Source: Bacteroidia bacterium (GTDB taxonomy: Bacteria; Bacteroidota; Bacteroidia; UBA7662). Taken from it: a stretch of 64,000 nt of DNA. The stretch covers positions 1,548 to 65,547 of the forward strand of contig JBKBSO010000011.1 of assembly GCA_046291695.1 (NCBI GenBank), read 5' to 3'. This document shows positions 39,121 to 48,773 of this stretch, piece after piece. The position numbers were made by a program, and so were the translations under genes. Position 1 is the stretch's first letter. Each line of letters opens with the position of its first letter. The notes beneath the pieces were generated by a model that saw nothing but the letters and a program-made list of their open reading frames with translations, searched no databases and was not told the origin of the DNA.

Positions 39121-39963
39121 TTAAGGTTCGTAAGGTTTAGGGGTATACACCATGTGCAGGGTGTCCCAAGCTGGTAATAGGAGCCTGATGCGCTCAGTTC
39201 GGAATGGGTCATACCTGTGATCCTCCATAATAAGAATCAAACTATCTTCACCGGGTGCCTGAAAAACATCTCGATTGGCAGTAGCGCCAAAGTACCTTCT
39301 AATATTAAACCCAAAAATGTACGCAAACTTGTCTGTAGAATTCCCTTCAGAATTATCTATGGTCAAATCCAGCCATGAGGTGGGATGCGCATACAAATTC
39401 ACTTCATTTTTATCGCGGCTGTAAAGGTCTGCTTGTTCGTAAATCAAATAGTGATTATCAGGTTCCTCAAGAAGTTTTACAAAATACCTGTGTGGATTTT
39501 GCTCCAGTTTGTGCTGAATCGCATAGCTTCCATCCGGCTCACAATAAAATTCGTGAATCAAAACTTCTGCACTTGGCGTCAAAAAACCTTTGGTCGGCAC
39601 CCTTTCATACAAACCCATCCGAAGAGGTCGGGAGGTCGCTACCTGATTTGTTCCCAGGGTGAGGACTTGCCCTTGAATACTGGCGATATAGGACTTGTCT
39701 TTACTACAAGCATTCAGCAAAAATGCCAATGCCAGTGAAAGTAAGAGCAAGAAGAATGTAGGAAACCGGCGGGGTGGTCGGTTAAAAAAAGCCCCTTCTC
39801 TTTTAATGAGTGTGCGAACCGCTACGATCCACACACTCCCGTGCAAGTTAATCGTTTCCATGCTGTTAGCTTTGTTATTCGAAAGTAATAAGTCCAAACG
39901 AATTCTCCAACACCGTTTGTTATATTGCGTGGTTTGCGCTAATCTTTGCGCCATTTTTATCAA
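39121..39963 (-). CDS. Hypothetical lipoprotein (paralog B), in tandem with 38363-39091. The true start is probably internal.
   Basis: Lipobox LNACSK and the same conserved blocks as paralog A. Confidence 0.5.
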   Translation of the reverse strand: MIKMAQRLAQTTQYNKRCWRIRLDLLLSNNKANSMETINLHGSVWIVAVRTLIKREGAFFNRPPRRFPTFFLLLLSLALAFLLNACSKDKSYIASIQGQVLTLGTNQVATSRPLRMGLYERVPTKGFLTPSAEVLIHEFYCEPDGSYAIQHKLEQNPHRYFVKLLEEPDNHYLIYEQADLYSRDKNEVNLYAHPTSWLDLTIDNSEGNSTDKFAYIFGFNIRRYFGATANRDVFQAPGEDSLILIMEDHRYDPFRTERIRLLLPAWDTLHMVYTPKPYEP

Positions 39964-40002
39964 TAGCTCTCCACTAGATCAAAATAAATACTTTAACTGG
40001 CT

Positions 40003-40017
40003 TGCATATTATATGCA
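40003..40017. promoter_or_regulatory. 15-bp palindrome TGCATAT-T-ATATGCA about 33 bp upstream of marR. Candidate MarR operator.
   Basis: Perfect 7-bp arms read from the sequence. Confidence 0.35.
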
Positions 40018-40049
40018 GGCATAGTATATTGAGCGACGAAATCAAGCTT

Positions 40050-40526
40050 ATGAGTAAAAAGAAACGTACAGTATGCTTTGACACCAAAATCAGCTGGTTA
40101 AATATTGCTCGCATGTACAATGCCGAAGCTGAGCAATATGGGCTCAGTGTATCGGCTGCATTCCTGCTGTTACACCTGAATGACGAAGGCACTCAAGTAA
40201 CCCAATTGGCGCCGCTTTTGGGCATGGAGGCCTCAAGTATGACGCGTATCCTTAATAATATAGAAGAGCGTGGGTGGATTGAACGCCGTCGTTTCAATAA
40301 TAATGATCGGCGGGCTGTAAAAATCTTCCTTACCCCATCCGGCATTGAAGCGCGTGAAATCGCAAAAGAAAAAGTCCGCCATTTCAATAAAAAAGTGCAA
40401 GAACACACCAAGCCCGATGATCTTGATGCCTTCTTCCGGGTCATCGATACCATGAACGACCTCATCAGCAACAATCAGATATTCGAAACCTCAAACAGCT
40501 CCGTATATAATGAAACGAATCATTAA
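40050..40526 (+). CDS. MarR-family transcriptional regulator (start taken at ATG 40050).
   Basis: Winged-helix motif TQLAPLLGMEASSMTRILNNIEERGWIERR...NDRRAVKIFLTPSG. Overlaps the fadN-like start by 17 nt. Confidence 0.7.
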   Translation: MSKKKRTVCFDTKISWLNIARMYNAEAEQYGLSVSAAFLLLHLNDEGTQVTQLAPLLGMEASSMTRILNNIEERGWIERRRFNNNDRRAVKIFLTPSGIEAREIAKEKVRHFNKKVQEHTKPDDLDAFFRVIDTMNDLISNNQIFETSNSSVYNETNH

Positions 40527-42912
40527 ACACGTCACCATCCTGGGTTCGGGCATCATGGGCTCACGCATTGCCTGCCACTTCGCCAATATTGGCGTGCAGG
40601 TATTGCTGCTCGACATTGTGCCCCGCGAACTCACCGAAACCGAAAAAGCTGCCGGCTTGAGTCTCGACGACAAAAAAGCCCGCAACCGCATTGTAAACGA
40701 TGCCTTGCAAACGGCCGTTAAGTCGAACCCGGCTCCCTTGTACCACAAATCATTCGCCTCGCGCATTCAAACCGGCAACTTCGATGATGATATGTCGCGC
40801 ATTGCCCAATCCGACTGGGTAATGGAAGTGGTGGTAGAAAACCTCAAAATCAAACAACAGGTGTTTGAGCAGGTCGAAAAGTACCGTACACCCGGCACGC
40901 TCATCACCTCCAATACTTCGGGCATCCCCATCCACATGATGGCAGCCGGCCGTAGCGACGATTTCAGGGCCCATTTCTGTGGCACCCACTTCTTTAATCC
41001 GCCCCGCTACCTCAAGCTGCTCGAAGTCATCCCTACCCCGGATACACAGGCCGAAGTGGTAGACTTCCTCATGGAGTACGGCAGCAAGTTTTTGGGCAAA
41101 ACCACCGTGCATGCCAAAGATACCCCTGCCTTTATTGCCAACCGTGTAGGCGTATTTGGCATCATGGCCCTGTTCAACAGTATGGAGCGTTTGGGATTAA
41201 GCGTGGAAGCCATCGACAAGCTGTCGGGCCCACTCATTGGTCGCCCCAAATCGGCCACCTTCCGTACCTGCGACGTGGTGGGCATCGATACACTCGTAAA
41301 AGTAGCACAAGGCGTTTCCGATAATTGTCTGAACGACGAGTCACGCGAACTCTTCTCCCTGCCCGCCTTCCTCACTAAAATGGTAGAAAACAACTGGCTG
41401 GGCGACAAAACTAAGCAAGGTTTTTACAAAAAGACCAAAACTGCTGAGGGCAAAAAAGAAATCCTCTCACTCAAGCTCGACACCATGGAATATGGCGTGC
41501 AGGAAAAAGTGAAATTCCCGCTGCTCGACCCCATCAAGGCCGAAGATAATCTGCAGAAGCGCTTGAAAATGTTGGTGCAAATGCCCGACAAAGCCGGCGA
41601 ATTCTTCCGCTTGAACTTCATTTATCTCTTTAAGTACGTGTCGCACCGCATGCCCGAAATTGCCGATGAAATTTACCGCATCGACGACGCCATGATGGCT
41701 GGATTCGGCTGGGAGATTGGTCCATTTGCAACCTGGGATGCTGTAGGCGTAAAAGACATGGTAAACCTCATGAAAATGTACGGTCAGGTGCCCGCTCCTT
41801 GGATCGATGAAATGCTCAAAGCCGGACATCAGCAGTTTTACAAGGTTGAAGGGGGCAAAAAGCTGTATTACGACCAAAACAGCAAAAGTTACCTAGCCAT
41901 TCCAGGCACTGAAAAGGTACTAGCGCTGGATGTATTACGTGGCACCAACGTCATCTGGAAAAACAGTGGCACCTCGGTATTCGACTTGGGCGATGGTATC
42001 CTGAATATAGAGTTCCACACCAAAATGAACAGCATTGGCAGCGAAGTCATTGCTGGTTTCAATAAAGCGGTGGACCTCGCCGAAAAAGAGTTCCGTGGTT
42101 TGGTGGTTGCCAACGATTCGGCTACCTTTTCGGCAGGTGCCAATTTAGGCATGGTGTTCATGCTGGCCGTGGAGCAAGAGTACGACGAACTCGATTTTGC
42201 CATTCGCGCCTTCCAGAAATTCACCATGCGGGCCCGTTACTCGAGCATTCCAGTTGTGGTAGCTCCCAAAGGACTCACCCTTGGAGGTGGCTGTGAACTT
42301 ACTTTGCATGCCGATGCTGTACAAGCCGCAGCCGAAACTTACATCGGTTTGGTAGAAGTAGGTGTTGGTGTAATTCCTGGCGGTGGTGGAACCAAAGAAA
42401 TGGCACTCCGCGTAGCCGACAGTATCAAAACAGGTGATGTCGCTTACAACCCACTCCAACAGGCCTTTATGAACATTGCTACTGCCAAAGTGGCGACCTC
42501 GGCCTACGAAGCTTTTGATTTGGGCTTTTTGCGGCGTGGCGACCGCATTTCGGTCAACGAGCGTAACCACCTCACCGATGCCAAGCGCTTGGCCGTAGAG
42601 TTAGCCGAAGACGGTTATGTACAAGCCCAGCCACGCACCGATATTACCGTGCAAGGTCGCGGTGGCATGGCGCTATTTCTGGCAGGCATCAACGGCATGC
42701 ACATGGCCAAATACATCAGCGATCACGACAAAAAGATTGCCGAAAAACTAGCCTATGTGATTTGCGGTGGCGACCTCTCCTATCCCCAAGAAGTTAGCGA
42801 GCAATACCTGCTCGACCTCGAGCGCGAAGTCTTCCTCTCGCTTTTAGGGGAGAAAAAAACACTCGAACGCATACAATCAGTACTCAAAACCGGACGTCCG
42901 TTACGCAACTAA
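40510..42912 (+). CDS. fadN: Multifunctional 3-hydroxyacyl-CoA dehydrogenase / enoyl-CoA hydratase (FadN-type: dehydrogenase N-terminal, hydratase C-terminal).
   Basis: N-terminal NAD Rossmann ILGSGIMGSRIA, HCDH core, C-terminal crotonase fold. 800 aa. Confidence 0.75.
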   Translation: MKRIIKHVTILGSGIMGSRIACHFANIGVQVLLLDIVPRELTETEKAAGLSLDDKKARNRIVNDALQTAVKSNPAPLYHKSFASRIQTGNFDDDMSRIAQSDWVMEVVVENLKIKQQVFEQVEKYRTPGTLITSNTSGIPIHMMAAGRSDDFRAHFCGTHFFNPPRYLKLLEVIPTPDTQAEVVDFLMEYGSKFLGKTTVHAKDTPAFIANRVGVFGIMALFNSMERLGLSVEAIDKLSGPLIGRPKSATFRTCDVVGIDTLVKVAQGVSDNCLNDESRELFSLPAFLTKMVENNWLGDKTKQGFYKKTKTAEGKKEILSLKLDTMEYGVQEKVKFPLLDPIKAEDNLQKRLKMLVQMPDKAGEFFRLNFIYLFKYVSHRMPEIADEIYRIDDAMMAGFGWEIGPFATWDAVGVKDMVNLMKMYGQVPAPWIDEMLKAGHQQFYKVEGGKKLYYDQNSKSYLAIPGTEKVLALDVLRGTNVIWKNSGTSVFDLGDGILNIEFHTKMNSIGSEVIAGFNKAVDLAEKEFRGLVVANDSATFSAGANLGMVFMLAVEQEYDELDFAIRAFQKFTMRARYSSIPVVVAPKGLTLGGGCELTLHADAVQAAAETYIGLVEVGVGVIPGGGGTKEMALRVADSIKTGDVAYNPLQQAFMNIATAKVATSAYEAFDLGFLRRGDRISVNERNHLTDAKRLAVELAEDGYVQAQPRTDITVQGRGGMALFLAGINGMHMAKYISDHDKKIAEKLAYVICGGDLSYPQEVSEQYLLDLEREVFLSLLGEKKTLERIQSVLKTGRPLRN

Positions 42913-42923
42913 AACGACACAAC

Positions 42924-44096
42924 ATGAATGCATATATCGTAGCCGGCTACCGCACAGCCGTAGGTAAAGCCACCAAAGGCGGATTCAGATTTACACGTCC
43001 CGACGACCTCGCGGCCGACGTCATCAAACAGCTGGTGGGCAGCATCCCGCAGTTGGATCCCGCGCGAGTCGATGACCTCATAGTGGGCAATGCCGTTCCC
43101 GAGGCCGAACAAGGCATGCAAATGGGCCGCATCATATCGCTCCTCTCCCTCCCTATAAATGTGCCAGGCATGGTCATCAACCGTTATTGCGGCTCAGGAC
43201 TCGAAGCCATCGCCATAGCTGCCACGCGCATTCATGCTGGCATGGCAGACTGCATTATTGCCGGAGGAACTGAATCGATGAGTTTGGTACCGGTAATGGG
43301 CTGGAAAACCGCCTTGAACTACAAAATTGCCGCCAACCATGGTGACTATTACACCAGCATGGGCCTAACCGCCGAACAGGTGGCCGGTAAATATAAGATT
43401 GGTCGCGACGAGCAAGACACCTTTGCCCTTGCCTCGCATCAAAAAGCCATTGCAGCCATCGAAGCCGGTAAATTCAAAGACGAGATCGTCCCCATTACCG
43501 TAACCGAAGTGTATGTTGACGAGAAGATGAAAAAACGTACACGCGAATTTGTAGTAGATACCGACGAAGGGCCACGTAAAGACACGAATCTCGCGGCATT
43601 GGGCAAGCTCAAGCCTGTATTTGCCAACGGTGGTTCGGTTACTGCAGGAAATTCCTCCCAAACCTCAGACGGGGCCTCTTTTGTGATGGTAATGTCGGAA
43701 AAAATGGTGAACGAACTTGGTTTGAAGCCCATCGCACGCATGCTCAGCTATGCTACCCAGGGTGTTGACCCGCGCTACATGGGCATTGGTCCGGTGGCAG
43801 CCATTCCCTTAGCCCTTAAAAAAGCGGGCTTGAAGCAAGCCGACATCGACCAAATTGAGCTCAACGAAGCCTTTGCGGCGCAAGCGCTTGCGGTAATCAA
43901 GGAACTTGAGCTCGACCCCGAGCGTATCAATCTAAACGGGGGCGCCATTGCCCTGGGACATCCACTTGGTTGTTCAGGCGCAAAGCTTTCGGTGCAGCTC
44001 TTCAATGAAATGCGCCGTCGCAATCAAAAATACGGGATGGTAAGCGCCTGTGTAGGTGGCGGCCAGGGCGTAGCAGGCATTTATGAACTTTTGTAA
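42924..44096 (+). CDS. fadA: Acetyl-CoA C-acyltransferase (3-ketoacyl-CoA thiolase).
   Basis: Thiolase motifs NRYCGSGLEAI, NGGAIALGHPLGCSGA, CVGGGQG. Confidence 0.85.
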   Translation: MNAYIVAGYRTAVGKATKGGFRFTRPDDLAADVIKQLVGSIPQLDPARVDDLIVGNAVPEAEQGMQMGRIISLLSLPINVPGMVINRYCGSGLEAIAIAATRIHAGMADCIIAGGTESMSLVPVMGWKTALNYKIAANHGDYYTSMGLTAEQVAGKYKIGRDEQDTFALASHQKAIAAIEAGKFKDEIVPITVTEVYVDEKMKKRTREFVVDTDEGPRKDTNLAALGKLKPVFANGGSVTAGNSSQTSDGASFVMVMSEKMVNELGLKPIARMLSYATQGVDPRYMGIGPVAAIPLALKKAGLKQADIDQIELNEAFAAQALAVIKELELDPERINLNGGAIALGHPLGCSGAKLSVQLFNEMRRRNQKYGMVSACVGGGQGVAGIYELL

Positions 44097-44114
44097 TCAA
44101 TAAACAACAATACG

Positions 44115-45914
44115 ATGGAAACCACACAAAAACGTTTACGCGGAGGCGAGTTTCTGGTTCGCGAAAGCCAGTCAGCCGATATTTTCATCCGTGAAGATTT
44201 TTCGGAGGAGCAACTCATGATGTTTGAAGCCACGCGCGACTTCATGAAAACTGAGGTACTCCCCAACTTGCAGCGCTTTGAAAAAGGCGATTATGCCCTG
44301 GTAGAAAGCCTCATGAAAAAAGCAGGTGAAATGGGCCTGCTTAGTGTAAGTGTTCCCCAAGAATATGGAGGAATGGGCATGGGCTTCAATACCTCCATGC
44401 TCATTTGCGAAGAAATCAGCAGCATGACGGGCTCGCTCGCCACTGCTTTTGGTGCTCATACCGGTATTGGTACATTGCCCATTCAGTATTACGGCAGCGA
44501 AGTTATCCGCCAGAAATATCTGCCTAAGGTAGCCAGTGGCGAGTGGATTGCCTGCTACAACCTCACCGAACCCGATGCCGGATCGGATGCCAACTCGGGT
44601 AAAACCAAAGCCGTACTTACACCTGATGGCAAACACTATGAAATTACCGGTCAAAAAATCTGGATTTCGAATGCTGGATTTGCCGATGTATTCATTGTAT
44701 TTGCACGCATAGAAGATGACAAAAACATCACCGGTTTTGTATTCCACAAAGACGAAGTAGAAGGGTTGAGCCTAAATGAAGAAGAGCACAAACTGGGCTT
44801 AAAGTCATCTTCAACCCGTCAAGTATTTTACGACAAAGTGAAGGTGCCCGTCGAAAACATGCTTGGAGAGCGTGGTGATGGATTTAAAATTGCCGTGAAT
44901 GTACTCAACGCCGGTCGCATTAAGTTAGGCGCTGCGGTTGTAGGCGCCGCGTTCAAAGTGATTGGCTTTGCTACACAATATGCTAACGAGCGCAAGCAAT
45001 TTGGCCAAACCATTGGCAGTTTCGGCGCCATTCAGCAAAAATTGGCCGATATGGCCACCTTGGCTTATGTGTCGGATGCCGCTTTGTACCGTGCCGGACA
45101 AGACATTGAGAACAACCAGCAGCGACTTAAAGACAAAGGCTTGGAAGATGCCGAAGCCAAGCTGAAAGGCATTGAAGAGTATGCGGTAGAATGTGCCATC
45201 TTGAAAGTGCTTTGTTCTGAAGCCATGGCCTTTATAGCCGACGAAGGCGTACAAATATATGGCGGCATGGGCTATTCGGCCGATGCACCCATGGAAGCCG
45301 CCTATCGCGATGCTCGCATCAGCCGCATCTACGAAGGCACCAACGAAATCAACCGCATGCTCATTGTCGACATGCTGCTGCGCAAGGCCATGAAAGGCGA
45401 ACTCGACCTCATTGGTCCAGCCATGAAAGTAGCCGGTGAATTGATGGAAATCCCTGATTTCGGTGCCGAAGAAGAAGGAACCTATTTGGCAGCAGAAAAG
45501 AAAATTCTAACTAATCTGAAAAAAGCCATCCTGATGGTAGCCGGTGCAGCGGTTCAGAAATTTCAAACCAAATTGGCTGGCGAGCAAGAAATCCTTATGA
45601 ATTTGGCTGACATGGCCATTCAGGTGTATGCTTTAGAGTCGGCCATCTTGAAGACTGAAAAATTGGCCGATCGATTGGGAGAAGCCGCCTGTGTCGAGCG
45701 TTACGCCATGACTGTGAATTTCATGCACCAGGCGGCCGATAAGTGTAACCGTGCAGGTAGAGAAGCCATCTACGCTTTTGCTGAAGGCGATGAGCAGCGC
45801 ATGATGTTGCTGGGATTAAAGCGCTTTACCAAAATACAGCCCGAGAACCTCAAACTTGTACGTCGTAGCATTGCTTCGAAAATACTCCATGAGAACCGAT
45901 ATCCGTTTGCTTAG
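44115..45914 (+). CDS. fadE: Long-form acyl-CoA dehydrogenase (FadE-like, ~600 aa).
   Basis: ACAD N/M/C domains (YGGMG, GSDA, IYEGTNEI) plus a C-terminal extension. Confidence 0.8.
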   Translation: METTQKRLRGGEFLVRESQSADIFIREDFSEEQLMMFEATRDFMKTEVLPNLQRFEKGDYALVESLMKKAGEMGLLSVSVPQEYGGMGMGFNTSMLICEEISSMTGSLATAFGAHTGIGTLPIQYYGSEVIRQKYLPKVASGEWIACYNLTEPDAGSDANSGKTKAVLTPDGKHYEITGQKIWISNAGFADVFIVFARIEDDKNITGFVFHKDEVEGLSLNEEEHKLGLKSSSTRQVFYDKVKVPVENMLGERGDGFKIAVNVLNAGRIKLGAAVVGAAFKVIGFATQYANERKQFGQTIGSFGAIQQKLADMATLAYVSDAALYRAGQDIENNQQRLKDKGLEDAEAKLKGIEEYAVECAILKVLCSEAMAFIADEGVQIYGGMGYSADAPMEAAYRDARISRIYEGTNEINRMLIVDMLLRKAMKGELDLIGPAMKVAGELMEIPDFGAEEEGTYLAAEKKILTNLKKAILMVAGAAVQKFQTKLAGEQEILMNLADMAIQVYALESAILKTEKLADRLGEAACVERYAMTVNFMHQAADKCNRAGREAIYAFAEGDEQRMMLLGLKRFTKIQPENLKLVRRSIASKILHENRYPFA

Positions 45915-45934
45915 TATTGAACGGTTTAACAGAA

Positions 45935-45962
45935 AGCCTCGCGAAAGCGGGGCTTTTTTTTC
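45935..45962 (+). terminator. Rho-independent terminator after fadE.
   Basis: 8-bp stem with a GAAA tetraloop (AGCCTCGC-GAAA-GCGGGGCT) followed by T9. Confidence 0.7.
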
Positions 45963-46078
45963 GACGGAAGTTATAATTCTCAGTTCATCCAGATCGTAAC
46001 AAGTAAGAAAGCAGGCCAAGGCGTTTCGGTAAAGCTTTGGCCCTCAGCTGCAAACTTGCGGAAAAGCTGCTTTTTTGA

Positions 46079-47161
46079 TTACCAATCGCCTAAGTTGGTT
46101 GTGATGCTGAAATTATTTGAGCTACCTGCCAAACTGAGGGCACCACTACCATAATCGAATCGGAAGCGCTTTACCTGAATACCAAAGCCCCAACTAAACC
46201 CACTGGCACCAAAGCGTGTTGGCACTACCAATTCGCGGCGTCGCTGGTGATTGTAACCAAATCGAAGATGGAAATTCTTTGAAAGTAAAAGTTCACCATT
46301 CACAATCAAGTGTCGAAAAAATTCATCAACATATGGGTTCCCTTGTTCAACCTGCTCCTCCCCTTCATTTAATAAAACACGTCTACGGTAAAATACATCT
46401 GTAGGATCTTCGTAACGCAAACGCCAATTATGTAGGCTATGGAATACCAATCCCCAGCGAAATGGCACATATTTCAATTTGTTAGTCACTGCCAATTGAA
46501 CATCCAATGGTAAAAACTCACGTACACCTTCGGGAGCATAGCTGCTAAGTTGAGTGCCAAAATTACGTACAACAAAGGCTGCAGTGACTCTGTTAGCTGT
46601 ATCTACATACATGGCTGACATGTCGATAGCCATTCCATGTGAGCGATAGGATTCGAGAAAGGAGCCTATGTATTTCAAATGAGCACCTGTGCGAAAGTAT
46701 TCGTTAATTTCCTTACCCCAGCCGAACTGTAATGCCAGTTCATTGGCGTTGAAGTCACCCATAGTATTGCCTGCTGGATCATTACGCTCGAAACTACCGT
46801 AATTGATATAGGCCACCGAAGCGCCAAAGGTCCCTACACGATCGCTATGATGATAGGCGTAAGCAAGATTTCCATAATTTATATCGGCAACATAGTTTAC
46901 CACACTCATTCCAAGCCTGTTATGAACTTCTTTATTGAGCAATGCAGGGTTAAAGTAGGTAAGGTTTACATCGTTATCATCGGTAGCAGTTGCTGCTCCT
47001 CCCAAAGCAGTTACCCTGGCAGACGGGGTTAACTTCAAAAAATTATAGGTAGATAAGCCACCAATTTGCGCTAAGGCCCCTAAAGGCATAGTTACTGCAA
47101 AAACAAAAATGAAAATCTTGTAGCGTATAAAAATCACGGCATTAAGAGGCTTAAGGAGCAA
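46079..47161 (-). CDS. T9SS-associated outer-membrane β-barrel protein, PorQ/PorV-like.
   Basis: Signal peptide, then YNFLKLTPSARVTALGGAATATDDNDVNLTYFNPALL (recalled PorQ/PorV signature) and β-strand-rich, aromatic-rich sequence. 360 aa fits PorQ better than PorV. Confidence 0.5.
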   Translation of the reverse strand: MLLKPLNAVIFIRYKIFIFVFAVTMPLGALAQIGGLSTYNFLKLTPSARVTALGGAATATDDNDVNLTYFNPALLNKEVHNRLGMSVVNYVADINYGNLAYAYHHSDRVGTFGASVAYINYGSFERNDPAGNTMGDFNANELALQFGWGKEINEYFRTGAHLKYIGSFLESYRSHGMAIDMSAMYVDTANRVTAAFVVRNFGTQLSSYAPEGVREFLPLDVQLAVTNKLKYVPFRWGLVFHSLHNWRLRYEDPTDVFYRRRVLLNEGEEQVEQGNPYVDEFFRHLIVNGELLLSKNFHLRFGYNHQRRRELVVPTRFGASGFSWGFGIQVKRFRFDYGSGALSLAGSSNNFSITTNLGDW

Positions 47162-47612
47162 TTATAACGATTGGAGGGCTAGTGATGATATTACTAAATC
47201 GATTTGCACGATCCCGAATTTGAATTTCATATCGCACGGTATCCTGTACAAGGCCTGGGCGTCGGAAGGTATTTTGAATCACCAGCCTGATTTCACCAGA
47301 TATTTGCTTACTCTGGCCGGGCGGGGTTACATAGGGCAATCGAAAAGGATAAACAATATTATCGAACACAGGCGGTCCGGTGCGTTTATCAATCACTGTG
47401 ATGTCGTTGGTTGTATCGCCTGGCTCAAGACCTAAATCACCATCTCCATCTTTAAAGTTAAACACCAACACAATAGAGTCGGTAGCCTCGCGTACAAATG
47501 CGGGCTCAATTGACATAAATTCAATCAACGGAGTTTCATCAAAGGAGCGTATAGGTTGACAAGCAATGAGGCTGCTCCCTACCATTGTGCATATAACCAA
47601 GTATCTGATCAT
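47151..47612 (-). CDS. Hypothetical lipoprotein.
   Basis: Lipobox LIACQ. 153 aa. 11-nt overlap with the PorQ-like gene. Confidence 0.4.
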   Translation of the reverse strand: MIRYLVICTMVGSSLIACQPIRSFDETPLIEFMSIEPAFVREATDSIVLVFNFKDGDGDLGLEPGDTTNDITVIDKRTGPPVFDNIVYPFRLPYVTPPGQSKQISGEIRLVIQNTFRRPGLVQDTVRYEIQIRDRANRFSNIITSPPIVIIAP

Positions 47613-47689
47613 TGAACAAATTTACCTAACTCCAAACGTATTTTCATGGTTAAAGTTGTGATTGGGTGCAACTGCTTTAACTTTGCTTT

Positions 47690-48700
47690 ATGAATGAGGC
47701 TGATACCCTTGCGTTTTACAACTGGCTTGAACAAGCCATGGCCCATGATCAATGCTTAAGCGACTCACAAATATTATCCCTTTTTTACTGGCAGGCTCGC
47801 AAAAACCCTGTTTATGCTGACTATCTCGCAGCACTTGGCCGTAATCCTGTTACCATAAGTAAGATTACTGATATTCCTTTTTTGCCCATAGAATTCTTCA
47901 AGCAGCACCAAATAATTAGTTGCCAACCTTCTCATCATGCTGTAATTTTTGAAAGCAGTGGCACTACGGGTAGTTCGCCAAGTCGGCATTGGGTAAATGA
48001 TATTTTGCTATACGAAAATCATAGTAGAGCAGTTTTTGAAAGTTGTTATGGTTCCTTGCACGATTGGACCATTCTCGCCCTCCTGCCTGCTTACCTGGAG
48101 CGAAGCGGTTCAAGCCTGGTACATATGATTGATACTTTTTTGAAGTACAATCAAGATCCATTGAGCGGATTTTATCTCGATAACCTCCAATTGCTTCGCG
48201 TGGCCTATGCTCAAGCTAAACAAGCCAAACGTAAAGTACTGCTTATTGGCGTAAGTTTCGCTTTGCTCGATTTGGCCGAAGCCGGTGGTATTGCGCTCGC
48301 TGAAGAAGATGTGCTCATGGAAACAGGGGGCATGAAAGGGAGGCGTACTGAGCTTATTCGTGAAGCCCTGCACCAACAATTACAATTTGCTTTTAAAGTG
48401 CGGAAAGTACATAGCGAATACGGCATGACCGAATTATTATCTCAGGCCTATGCAGATGGTGCAGGACAATTTCGTTGTCCGCCTAGCATGCGTATCTTAA
48501 TTAGGCATACCAGTGATCCGTTCAGTTATCTCGAATGCGGAAGAACAGGAGGCATCAATATCATCGACTTTGCCAATATACACAGTTGCGCTTTTCTACA
48601 AACACAGGATTTAGGGCGTTTAAATTCTGATGGAAGCTTCGAAGTACTTGGGCGATTTGATAGCAGCGATATTCGGGGTTGCAATCTGTTGGTGGTCTAG
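47690..48700 (+). CDS. LuxE-like acyl-protein synthetase / adenylate-forming enzyme.
   Basis: FESSGTTGSPSRH adenylation motif and overall LuxE-like length (336 aa). Confidence 0.5.
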   Translation: MNEADTLAFYNWLEQAMAHDQCLSDSQILSLFYWQARKNPVYADYLAALGRNPVTISKITDIPFLPIEFFKQHQIISCQPSHHAVIFESSGTTGSSPSRHWVNDILLYENHSRAVFESCYGSLHDWTILALLPAYLERSGSSLVHMIDTFLKYNQDPLSGFYLDNLQLLRVAYAQAKQAKRKVLLIGVSFALLDLAEAGGIALAEEDVLMETGGMKGRRTELIREALHQQLQFAFKVRKVHSEYGMTELLSQAYADGAGQFRCPPSMRILIRHTSDPFSYLECGRTGGINIIDFANIHSCAFLQTQDLGRLNSDGSFEVLGRFDSSDIRGCNLLVV

Positions 48701-48773
48701 CCAGCTGATATGAGTTTTTTTTGCTCAAATGCCATGCAGTAGGTAGTTTAGCAACCGAAGTAAAATTTCCAGC

